Shown in pieces: positions 29,858 through 38,462 of a stretch of DNA of 64,000 bases. Position 1 is the first letter of the stretch. Each line of letters starts with the position of its first letter. The notes under the pieces are model-generated. The model was not told where the DNA came from. It searched no databases and saw nothing but the letters and a program-made list of their open reading frames with translations. Source of the stretch: Alphaproteobacteria bacterium (lineage in GTDB: Bacteria > Pseudomonadota > Alphaproteobacteria > UBA7887); assembly GCA_965216755.1 (NCBI GenBank), contig CBDCGL010000011.1, positions 4,288,001-4,352,000 on the forward strand, given 5' to 3'. A program made the translations under genes and the position numbers.

Positions 29858-31120
29858 ATGGCTTTGGTTAAACACCCGACCGGTTGGGCCCGCGTACCCG
29901 GCTTTGGCGGTATCGGACGCGCGGTCTCGAACCGAAATTATCGAATCTACGCCGCCGGCAACGTGCTGTCCGTGATCGGTGGCTGGGTGCAGCGAGTCGC
30001 GGTTGTTTGGCTCGCCTGGCAGCTCTCCGAGTCACCGGCTTGGCTGGGCGCGATTGCATTTGCCGACCTACTGCCATCGATTCTGGTTGCGCCATTCGCT
30101 GGCTACATCGCCGACCGGCGCAACAGACTGCACTTGCTGATGATGGCTCAGGCCGCGGCCATGACGCAGGCCGTCATCTTATGTGTGTTGACCGCCTTGG
30201 ATCGGATGACAATCGAAGTGCTTATGGCGCTGACTTTGTTTTTGGGCACTGTCATCGGCTTTAGCCAGCCGGTTCGCTTATCGCTGGTGCCCAGTTTGGT
30301 CCGGCCGCAAGATTTATCTGCCGCTATTGCGGTGAATTCGTTGGTCTTTAACAGCGCACGGTTTGTCGGACCGGCCATTGCCGGTGTCGTCATCGTCAAG
30401 GCTGGTGTCGCCTGGGCGTTTGGGCTCAACGCGCTGAGTTTTCTCGGCTTGCTGGCGGCGCTTGCGCGGTTGCGGCTGCCGCCGCAAGAGCGGGGTGCTA
30501 CCAAGGGCCTTGGCGTGATCGCGGGGTTGCTCGAGGGATTGACCTATGCCAGTCGCCATCCCGGCATCGGCCCGCTATTGGTTTTGTTGGGTGTGTCGGC
30601 GTTCTTTGGCCGCCCGGTGATGGAGCTGTTGGCGGCATTTGCGGGCGACGTCTTCGATCGCGGTGCTGATGGCCTTGCCATGTTGACCGCCGCGAACGGG
30701 TTCGGAGCCATGGCGGCTGGATTTTGGCTGTCGCAACGTGGCCCGGTACGCGGCCTGACGCGGGCGGCGGTCGTCAGCGTATTGGTTTTTGGCGTTGCGA
30801 TTGCGCTGTTCGGCATCACGGAATTGTTCGCCGCAGCTTTGGTATGCATTGGCGTCGCCGGTTTTGCCATGGTGGTCGGTGCGGTTGGGATTCAAACGTT
30901 GTTGCAATTCTCGGTCGACAGCACCATGCGCGGCCGGGTGCTGAGCCTCTATGGGCTGACGTTTCGGGGCGGCATTGCCATCGGCGCCCTGGCAATGGGA
31001 ACGGCGGCGGATCATTTTGGGCTCGCCCTGCCGGTGATTGTCGGTGGTACGATGTGCGCGACGGCTTGGCTTTTTGCGGTACGACGCATCCACGTCTATG
31101 CGGCCGCGTTAGAGGACTGA
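29858..31120 (+). CDS. MFS transporter
   Basis: about 12 hydrophobic helices; GYIADRRNR, ARFVGPAIAG, RGRVLSLY. Confidence 0.92.
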   Translation: MALVKHPTGWARVPGFGGIGRAVSNRNYRIYAAGNVLSVIGGWVQRVAVVWLAWQLSESPAWLGAIAFADLLPSILVAPFAGYIADRRNRLHLLMMAQAAAMTQAVILCVLTALDRMTIEVLMALTLFLGTVIGFSQPVRLSLVPSLVRPQDLSAAIAVNSLVFNSARFVGPAIAGVVIVKAGVAWAFGLNALSFLGLLAALARLRLPPQERGATKGLGVIAGLLEGLTYASRHPGIGPLLVLLGVSAFFGRPVMELLAAFAGDVFDRGADGLAMLTAANGFGAMAAGFWLSQRGPVRGLTRAAVVSVLVFGVAIALFGITELFAAALVCIGVAGFAMVVGAVGIQTLLQFSVDSTMRGRVLSLYGLTFRGGIAIGALAMGTAADHFGLALPVIVGGTMCATAWLFAVRRIHVYAAALED

Positions 31121-31199
31121 ACTTGCCTTTTCCGAGGCCACGCTGGCCACGATCTATTTCGCCTGAACCGTTCCCGATGCCATCATTTGTCTTAGCGCC

Positions 31200-32135
31200 C
31201 TAATTGAGATGGGCACGAAACCAATCGATTGCCTGTTCGATCGCCTCGGCGCGATGGGGCCCATAGACTGTGTAGTGGTCACCGGGAAACAATTTGTATC
31301 CCGCCGGGGCGTGTTGACCGATAATTTCATAGACCGCGCGACCGTTCGCGGCGCTATCGAAATACTGGTCGTCCTTCGCATCCAGAATCAATGTCGCGGC
31401 TATCACCCGATGGGCGTTCTCAAGTGGCCGGTGCTGCACCATTTTCGCGAAATCTGGCCAGCCACCGGCGAGCTCGTCGACACCCATAGCAGAACCATCA
31501 ATTTCACCGCGTGCCTTCTGGACCATGCGCTTTTTTCCCAACTCAATCCGTTCCGTCGTGCGGGCGACACCCATGAAGCCGACCTGTGCCACGACCGCCG
31601 CGACACGTGGCTCGCGGGCGGCGGCCTCGATCACGTGACCGCCACCGTAACTTGTGCCCCATAGGCCAATTCGGTCGGCCCGCACATGCGGTTCGCCCAT
31701 GACGAACGCGACCGCGTTGAGCAAGTCTTCGACTTGTTCTTGCGGGTCGATAACCTTGCGGATCTCGCGTACACGAACGATCGCCGTGCCGTCCGGATCG
31801 GGTGTTGGAATCGGCTCGGAGGTGGTCAAGCGGCCGTCGCTGCCGCCCCAGCCCCGATAGTCAAACGTCAACACAATGAACCCGTACGACTCGAAAATCG
31901 GTGCGTAACTGTCGTTGAGCTCGGCGCGCAAGCCCCCCCATCCCTGGGCGAGAACAATGGCCGCGCGCTTTTCATCCGCGGCTAGGTCGTCGGGCAGCCA
32001 AAGATCTCCCGAAAGGCGCGTGCTGTCGCTCCAAATGTCCACAGGACGGCTATCCGCGGCCACCGGCAGCGGCAAGAAACTGCAAGACACTGCGATCGCG
32101 ATACCGACGAGACCCAAATTCGAAATTGTCTTCAT
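31200..32135 (-). CDS. secreted alpha/beta hydrolase (S9/S15-like)
   Basis: signal peptide; FDYRGWGGS, GTSYGG nucleophile elbow, C-terminal DHY. Confidence 0.87.
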   Translation of the reverse strand: MKTISNLGLVGIAIAVSCSFLPLPVAADSRPVDIWSDSTRLSGDLWLPDDLAADEKRAAIVLAQGWGGLRAELNDSYAPIFESYGFIVLTFDYRGWGGSDGRLTTSEPIPTPDPDGTAIVRVREIRKVIDPQEQVEDLLNAVAFVMGEPHVRADRIGLWGTSYGGGHVIEAAAREPRVAAVVAQVGFMGVARTTERIELGKKRMVQKARGEIDGSAMGVDELAGGWPDFAKMVQHRPLENAHRVIAATLILDAKDDQYFDSAANGRAVYEIIGQHAPAGYKLFPGDHYTVYGPHRAEAIEQAIDWFRAHLN

Positions 32136-32428
32136 CAAAATCCCTTTCTCAGACGGGCCAGTCGAGCCCACCGACCAAACAATCATCGATTTTAATTGTC
32201 CGCGATCCGCCGCGGAATCACCAAGTGGGAAAACCAAAAGGCGTCTTGTCGCGTTCGAAATTCTCGTCCATGGCGATGCTGGCGTCCACGAATGGCATTG
32301 ACGGCAGGTCGGTCCTGGCTGACCATTCGACACGTACCATTGAATTTGGTTGATTGGGCAGGTCACGAATTGGCGCGTAGGTGGGGCGAGCCGTGTGGCC
32401 GGGCAATCAAAATACAGGGAGTCGTATC

Positions 32429-33151
32429 ATGGCCAGAGTAGCACTCGTTACTGGCGGAACACGGGGCATCGGCAAAGCGATATCGGTCGCTCTGCGCGAC
32501 GCGGGGTGCAGCGTCGCAGCCAATTATGGTGGCAACGACCAAGCCGCGCAGGCCTTCAACGAGGAAACTGGCATTGCCGCGTTCAAGTGGGATGTGGGCA
32601 GCTTCGATGGGTGCGAAAAGGGCGTTGCCGCGGTCACGGAGGCATTGGGCCCCGTCGATATATTGGTCAACAATGCCGGCATCACGCGCGATACCACCAT
32701 GCACAAGATGGCCCACGATGCATGGCAGACCGTGATCGACGTCGATCTTGGCTCGTGTTTCAACATGGCCCGCTGCGTCATTGAATCGATGCGCGCGCGC
32801 AATTTTGGACGCATCGTCAACATAAGCTCGATCAACGGGCAGGCGGGGCAGTTCGGGCAGGCCAACTATGCCGCCGCCAAGTCTGGCATGTTTGGGTTTA
32901 CCAAGTCTCTGGCACAAGAAGGGGCGTCCAAAGGCATCACCGTGAATGCCATTGCGCCAGGCTACATCGAGACGGATATGGTGGCCGCGGTCCCCGCCAG
33001 CGTGCTTGAAAAGATCGTCGGGCGCATTCCGGTCGGTCGTCTGGGACAGGCCGAGGAAATCGCGCGTGCGGTCTTGTTCCTGGCCGACGATGATGCGGGT
33101 TTCATCACTGGTTCAACGCTGTCGATCAATGGCGGCCAATACATGGATTGA
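32429..33151 (+). CDS. phbB: acetoacetyl-CoA reductase
   Basis: TGGTRGIG, NNAGITRD, SSINGQAGQFGQANYAAAK, GSTLSINGGQYM. Confidence 0.95.
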   Translation: MARVALVTGGTRGIGKAISVALRDAGCSVAANYGGNDQAAQAFNEETGIAAFKWDVGSFDGCEKGVAAVTEALGPVDILVNNAGITRDTTMHKMAHDAWQTVIDVDLGSCFNMARCVIESMRARNFGRIVNISSINGQAGQFGQANYAAAKSGMFGFTKSLAQEGASKGITVNAIAPGYIETDMVAAVPASVLEKIVGRIPVGRLGQAEEIARAVLFLADDDAGFITGSTLSINGGQYMD

Positions 33152-33157
33152 TGGACG

Positions 33158-33550
33158 ATGTCGGCAGCCGATGACCAGGCCCGCTTGCGGCTCTTGGATG
33201 CCATTCAAGCGGCATTCAACCGCCATGATGTGGATGCCATTCTGGACCATTTCACGGAGGATGGCGTGTGGGTGATGGCCCGCGGGCCAGACGCGCCGAG
33301 CGGGCGCCGCTGTGCCGGAAAAGAGGAAATCGGTGCGGTCTTGCAGGCTCGTTTCGCGCGCATTCCCGACATGCGTTGGGAAGACATGCAGCATTGGGTC
33401 AGTGGCGACCGCGCCGCTTCGGAGTGGGTCGTGTGCGGGACCCCGGATGACGGTGGCCCAAAGCTGAATCTGCTCGGTTGCGATCTTTGGACGTTTCGCG
33501 GCGATAAGGTGGTCAAGAAGGACACCTATTGGAAGACGATCGAGATTTGA
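33158..33550 (+). CDS. SnoaL-like / NTF2-family protein
   Basis: AFNRHDVDAI, GDRAASEW, GCDLWTFRGDKVVKKDTYWK. Confidence 0.88.
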   Translation: MSAADDQARLRLLDAIQAAFNRHDVDAILDHFTEDGVWVMARGPDAPSGRRCAGKEEIGAVLQARFARIPDMRWEDMQHWVSGDRAASEWVVCGTPDDGGPKLNLLGCDLWTFRGDKVVKKDTYWKTIEI

Positions 33551-33619
33551 GTTGTTGTCCGAAGAACGCTCGGTGCCGTTAGGCGGTCCAGCTGAGCGGC
33601 TGTCATCGCGCGATCGGTC

Positions 33620-33838
33620 ATGTTGTCTCTAAACTGGACCTTGGGCTTGTTGGCCCTCGGCGCAGCCGTGTTTGTCTATGCCACGGTGCGCGCGCGTCGG
33701 CCGCGCGAAATTGGCACGGTCCGCTTGATCCCCTATGGGGCGATCCAATTTCTGGCTTTATTGGTCGTCATATTGATGCTTGCCCATCTCTACACCTTGG
33801 TCACCGGCGTCCCGCTGGAAGGGCGTTTTTCGCGATAG
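33620..33838 (+). CDS. small two-TM membrane protein
   Basis: two hydrophobic helices around RLIPY; co-oriented with upstream genes. Confidence 0.65.
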   Translation: MLSLNWTLGLLALGAAVFVYATVRARRPREIGTVRLIPYGAIQFLALLVVILMLAHLYTLVTGVPLEGRFSR

Positions 33839-33854
33839 CCACTTGTCGTCCAAT

Positions 33855-34283
33855 TCAGTCGTCGGTGCTTGGACGCCCCCGCCGGCGCTTGGTCAGGGCG
33901 TGGAGGCGTTTGCTGTATAGACGCCGTTCGCGGGCCGCCCTGGGGGGCGCCGTGGGGCGTCGCGGGCGTGGTGGTTGCGCCGCCCGGCGGACTAGATCGC
34001 TGAGCCGCTCGAGCGCGTCGTCGCGGTTTCGCGCCAGACTGCGGTGACGCCGGGCGTCGATCACGATCACGCCGTGTTTGGTTGCGAGTTGTCCCGCCAA
34101 CGCCAGCAGGCGCCGGCGCACCGGTGCCGACAAGGAGGGCGAGTGTGCCGCGTCAAAGCGCAGTTGCGCGGCCGTGGCCAGCTTGTTCACGTTTTGACCG
34201 CCGGGACCGCCGCTCAGCACCGCCTTGAAAACCAGTTCACGTCTGTCGAGCGCAATATCTTTGGTAATGGGAAGGGTCGTCAT
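33855..34283 (-). CDS. arfB: alternative ribosome-rescue peptidyl-tRNA hydrolase ArfB
   Basis: SGGPGGQNVNK (GGQ), basic tail RRPT...RERRL..KR. Confidence 0.92.
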   Translation of the reverse strand: MTTLPITKDIALDRRELVFKAVLSGGPGGQNVNKLATAAQLRFDAAHSPSLSAPVRRRLLALAGQLATKHGVIVIDARRHRSLARNRDDALERLSDLVRRAAQPPRPRRPTAPPRAARERRLYSKRLHALTKRRRGRPSTDD

Positions 34284-34403
34284 TTGCCGCATCCGCGTAA
34301 CGTGCATGCTGCATCGCAGGTTACGCGACGTGACGCAAGCGACGAAAGTCGCGATCCATGGTTCCCGCAGCGCCGGATAAGCTGACCCGGTCGGCGGAGC
34401 CGA

Positions 34404-34778
34404 TCAGAATGAACTGGATCGCGTGGTCGCTTTGGCGGGGATTAGTCCGCCGATTGCCGGTACGCCTGCGGTCGCCACCGATGAATTGATGCCGCCGCCG
34501 GCTGCGCTTACAGCTGAGGTAGTGCCGCTGAGTGCACTGCGGGTCAGTTCCGCGGGATCGACGCCCATCAGCGTGTTTGGATCGACCAGAAGCCCATCCA
34601 GGTCCTCTGGGCCGAGGGCGCGAAATGCGTCGGGATCGGTTCCCAGATCCAATGGCGCACCAAGCTCGCCGATCGCCTCGGGCGTCGTCGCATCTTCAGC
34701 AAATGCCACGACACCTGTCCCGCACAAGATAGCGGCGGCACCGAGAAACGCGCGTAACAGTGAGCCGTGACCACGCAT
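34404..34778 (-). CDS. small secreted hypothetical protein
   Basis: signal peptide ending AFA; acidic then Ser/Gly/Ala-rich mature part. Confidence 0.5.
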   Translation of the reverse strand: MRGHGSLLRAFLGAAAILCGTGVVAFAEDATTPEAIGELGAPLDLGTDPDAFRALGPEDLDGLLVDPNTLMGVDPAELTRSALSGTTSAVSAAGGGINSSVATAGVPAIGGLIPAKATTRSSSF

Positions 34779-34976
34779 TTTTGCAATCCTTTCAAGGCGC
34801 TAGAAGGAAATCGGCAATTTCTCTATATATTACCACGAAATAGCCGAGAAATCCACGCGCCGATCGGGCCATGGTGCAAATTGCACCAAGTCCCGGGTCA
34901 AGTTTCGAACAAAACATGAACTCGAGTCACGTCGATATGATGCCCCGCTGATGCGGGGCCAGGCGCCCACCCCGTT

Positions 34977-35399
34977 CTAGTCGTATAGTTTGTGTCGAAA
35001 CCGTCGGTCCCAGCACTGGATGACGTTGCGTCCGTAGGTGGCTGTCGCCATGACCGCGCAGGCCGTGACCGTGCGTCCATCCGCGCCGACAAGCCATAGA
35101 TAATCGCCGCCTGTCACGATCGGCTTGTACCATCCCCTTTTGCCATGGCGATGATGGTGCCGACCACTGATCTCATTTGATGATGGTTTGGTGCCACGCT
35201 GGATGGCGACCCCCGACGTCCAACCGGCGATGCCCGGTCGCACGGTTTCTGTATCGGAACCGCGCACAATGGTCACCGTCTCGGCGCTGAGCGCGGCCGA
35301 CGGCGTCGCCGCCACCAGTGTTACGAGCGTCGCCGCGGCGAGCGCGCTTTTCCAAGGGTTGATGCGGCGCATTTGCGATAATGGCAAGGTCGTCGACAT
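34977..35399 (-). CDS. small secreted hypothetical protein
   Basis: signal peptide; His/Arg-rich segment and C-terminal Cys pair. Confidence 0.6.
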   Translation of the reverse strand: MSTTLPLSQMRRINPWKSALAAATLVTLVAATPSAALSAETVTIVRGSDTETVRPGIAGWTSGVAIQRGTKPSSNEISGRHHHRHGKRGWYKPIVTGGDYLWLVGADGRTVTACAVMATATYGRNVIQCWDRRFRHKLYD

Positions 35400-35805
35400 T
35401 TATGTTTCTTTCTCGGTTTCTTTGCCCGTGCCATGCCGTCTACTGGACAGGACATGGGTTTGTTTTGAATCACCACGCGAATATATCCAATTTTACGAAA
35501 TTTTGAAATAGATCGGCTTTCGCAGAACCGTAGTTTGTGGTTCACGACTGGTGCAGGTGTAGAGCCCTTTCGGATGCCACGCAGCCGTTGCCGTCGAGCA
35601 ATCGCGTTTATCCGTGTTTCAAGGCCCGCTGTCGTGAATACTGCGACATCACCGGGCCAACAAGTATCTGCCCAAACATTAATTGTTCATCGAAAGAGCT
35701 GAACATCATTATTTGAGTACGAAAACAACAGTGCGCTATTGTATTGCGAGTCCGAATATTCAATAATCAAATTGACGTTGGGAAAAACAAACAGACATCG
35801 GGGTC

Positions 35806-36924
35806 ATGGTCCAACTTAAGGAAGAGTCGCTGCCGAGAACGATGCACATGTCCCAAGATGACATCGGTCATAGAAAACGACTTCTGAGCTTGACCGGTGC
35901 GGACGAGGACATGATTGCGGCGTGTCAGCCATCAATTCTCAGCGCGATGGAAGCTATCGTAGATCAGTTCTACGTGAGTCAAATTAGTCACCCAGAGATC
36001 GCGCTACTATTTGGCGACGCGGACCATTCGGACGCCGCGTTGCAGGCTGTGCGCACGTATCTGCGTGATCTGTTTTCCGGCAGCTATGGGCCGGAATATG
36101 TCGAAAAGCGCTTATCTTTGGGCGCTGTTCAGAAGACATACAACATAACGCCCGCTATGTGTTTTGGTGCAATGCAGGCATTGCAATCATTGCTGCACGA
36201 TACTTTGCGCGGCGCGGCGGACCAAAACGCCAAGTCGACACAAGTCGACGATACAGCGCGTGCCGTGTCGCGCCTTATGATGTTCGATCTAAGCATCATC
36301 ACTGACGCGTATATCGTGAATGTCTTGTCTGACCTTGACAGAGAACGCCAAGACGTTGAGCACTACGCAGAGAGCCTGGAGGAAACAATCGCCGAACAAG
36401 CGCTGCAACTGGCGGAATTGGCGCGCAAGGACATTCTGACCAATCTCTACAATCAGCGCGCATTTTATGAGCACTTGCGCCGAGAGGCGAGCAATGCGGA
36501 GCGCCATGGGCAGCCGTTGTGTCTCCTTAACTTGGATGTGAATCGTTTTAAGGCCTTCAACGATCGTGAAGGGCATATCGCGGGCGACACGTTGCTTGCC
36601 TCAATTGGACGCGCGCTTCAGGACGGCGTGCGCGAGGGTGACATTGCCTGCCGCTATGGCGGCGACCAGTTCTGCATCATCTTGCCAAAGGCGGCAATCA
36701 GTGATGCCCAGGTGTTGTGTGATCGTTTGGTCCAGGCGCTTGAGCGCGGCGACACGCGCAACGTCGCATTCAGTATCGGAATCGCCCAAATGGGCCCCGA
36801 TCAGTTTTTCGACGTCGACCACTTTGTGAAGCAGGTCGATGGACTGGTTCACGCCGCCAAAATCGAATCGGGAAAGCGACCGGGCACCCACGTCAAGTCG
36901 CAGCGCGCGTTTGGCCCGCACTAG
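35806..36924 (+). CDS. globin-sensor + GGDEF-domain protein (degenerate GGDQF)
   Basis: protoglobin-like N-terminus (IVDQFY, SGSYGPEYVEKR), DILTNLYN, DVNRFKAFND, RxxD I-site REGD, GGDQF. Confidence 0.9.
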   Translation: MVQLKEESLPRTMHMSQDDIGHRKRLLSLTGADEDMIAACQPSILSAMEAIVDQFYVSQISHPEIALLFGDADHSDAALQAVRTYLRDLFSGSYGPEYVEKRLSLGAVQKTYNITPAMCFGAMQALQSLLHDTLRGAADQNAKSTQVDDTARAVSRLMMFDLSIITDAYIVNVLSDLDRERQDVEHYAESLEETIAEQALQLAELARKDILTNLYNQRAFYEHLRREASNAERHGQPLCLLNLDVNRFKAFNDREGHIAGDTLLASIGRALQDGVREGDIACRYGGDQFCIILPKAAISDAQVLCDRLVQALERGDTRNVAFSIGIAQMGPDQFFDVDHFVKQVDGLVHAAKIESGKRPGTHVKSQRAFGPH

Positions 36925-37028
36925 ATCAACCCCCGTTCAAATGCGCATTTGGACTGGGATCAGTTGATCGGGAAGACGAAGATCAACCCCCGTTCAAATG
37001 TGCATTTGGACGGGGTCAGTTGGCCTAG
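36921..37028. repeat. tandem pair of ~47-bp palindromic REP-like units
   Basis: AGATCAACCCCCGTTCAAATG(C/T)GCATTTGGAC..TCAGTTG at 36923 and 36980; each folds into a hairpin; block bounded by CTAG. Confidence 0.85.
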
Positions 37029-37111
37029 CACGCCGAACGCCCGACCAATGGCCGGGCGCGCCCGTTCTCGCAATAATTCGGTCGTGATATCGGCGCGATC
37101 ACCAAGGCGGA

Positions 37112-37993
37112 TCAGTAATCGTGTGAGGCGTCCTCGGTCATGCGAATGATCCGCTGGACCTGTTCCTCAACATCACCCGAAGATTTCTCCTTATCCGACT
37201 CGGCCTCGTCGCTGGTCGCATCGGCTGATTCGCCGCTATCGTCGCTGGTGTCGCCGTTCGATGCCGCACTGTCGGCGTAGGGCCAGCCAGACTTCTGTTG
37301 TTCGGTGGTCTCGGGCCCGTTGGTGTCGGCGCTGTCTTCGTCGTCAGCGTCTTCGTCCGACGCGGTGTCGCCGCCGGCTGCTGCAACGTCCGTGTCCGCG
37401 GTATCTTCGCTCACCGAGGTCTCGTCGGCCGGCTGCTCGGTGGCCTCGTACGGGCTGGTCGCACCCTCGGCCTCTGTCTCCCACGGTGTTTCGGGCAACG
37501 GCGGTGGCGGGGGTGGGGGGGTGTCGTCCGCTGGCACCAGACTCTCAGTCTCGTCCACTGGCGCCAAGCTTTCTGTCTCGTCCACGAGCGCTAAACTTTC
37601 TGTCTGGTCCGCGGGCGCTAGACTCTCTGTCTCGTCAGGTGGCGGCAACGCGCCGCCTGGCTCCTCGGGCGCCGGCAAGTCTTGCTGTCCAACCAATCCG
37701 CTGGCCCGGTGCTCAAGCATTTGCATAGTTTCGCTAAGAGTATCCCGCGTACCAGATTCAATAGCTAATAATAAAGAATGAAGCATACTCTTCAATTCTT
37801 CATTTTCATGTGCAATACGATTGACTTGATCTTGATGTTCGCCTTCTCGAGACTGCTGAACTCTTAACCCCTCATCAATCGTATCCATAAGACCGATGAG
37901 CCGCTCGCTATATCTTCTTTGCTGCTCATCAAACAAACCAAAATTCTGTTCGGCGGCTTCCACGCGTTGCCGCAATTCTTCGATACTGCTCAT
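37112..37993 (-). CDS. hypothetical protein: N-terminal coiled coil, acidic/Pro-rich disordered region with 9-aa repeats
   Basis: 293-aa ORF with heptad N-terminus, (E/Q)TESLxxxD x4, poly-Pro, short C-terminal helix. Confidence 0.75.
   Translation of the reverse strand: MSSIEELRQRVEAAEQNFGLFDEQQRRYSERLIGLMDTIDEGLRVQQSREGEHQDQVNRIAHENEELKSMLHSLLLAIESGTRDTLSETMQMLEHRASGLVGQQDLPAPEEPGGALPPPDETESLAPADQTESLALVDETESLAPVDETESLVPADDTPPPPPPPLPETPWETEAEGATSPYEATEQPADETSVSEDTADTDVAAAGGDTASDEDADDEDSADTNGPETTEQQKSGWPYADSAASNGDTSDDSGESADATSDEAESDKEKSSGDVEEQVQRIIRMTEDASHDY
37525..37636. repeat. four 27-bp intragenic tandem repeats
   Basis: encode ETESLAPAD/QTESLALVD/ETESLAPVD/ETESLVPAD. Confidence 0.8.
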
Positions 37994-38400
37994 GACCCGA
38001 CCCTGTCTAAGACCATCCGTCCTTTAATTAACAACCCACTTGTCCTTTGGGTATCCTCAATTTGGGCGACGAATTGACATGAGCGATCGTTCGCCTTTCC
38101 AGGGGGTTAACGCGTCGCGCAACAGGTCGCGCGGCAAGTCGATGAATGAAGTTGAGACCTACAGCTAACAAATAACTCGAATCGGTGACCCGACAAGTGA
38201 GCAAAAGCTCGGAGAAAAAAGGGCAATAAAAAGGCTGGGCATCGGTTGTTTGATGCCCTTCGACGACGCCAATATTCTTAGAGAACTGGTCGATATTTGC
38301 GCACGAATTGGGGTGCCATGAACCGCCTTTTTCGCCGTTTTGGAGCGAGCCGGCCATGGCCCGACCAGCGCATCACGTTAGATGCTGCCGGGAATGGTCA

Positions 38401-38438
38401 ACCCGGTCCGCAAACGTTTGACGGGGTGCGGACCGGGT
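38401..38438 (-). terminator. hairpin downstream of adhesin gene
   Basis: ACCCGGTCCGCA...TGCGGACCGGGT 12-bp stem 25 nt after stop; no clear U-tract. Confidence 0.45.
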
Positions 38439-38462
38439 CATAATCGACTGAACGGCTTACCC

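Noticed and set aside
34872-34888. TGGTGCA-AAT-TGCACCA as NtrC site
   Set aside because: Half-sites are in the reverse order to the NtrC consensus TGCACCA-N3-TGGTGCA
36921-37028. Possible mini CRISPR array
   Set aside because: Only two units, about 10-bp spacer, no cas genes; better explained as REP-like hairpins
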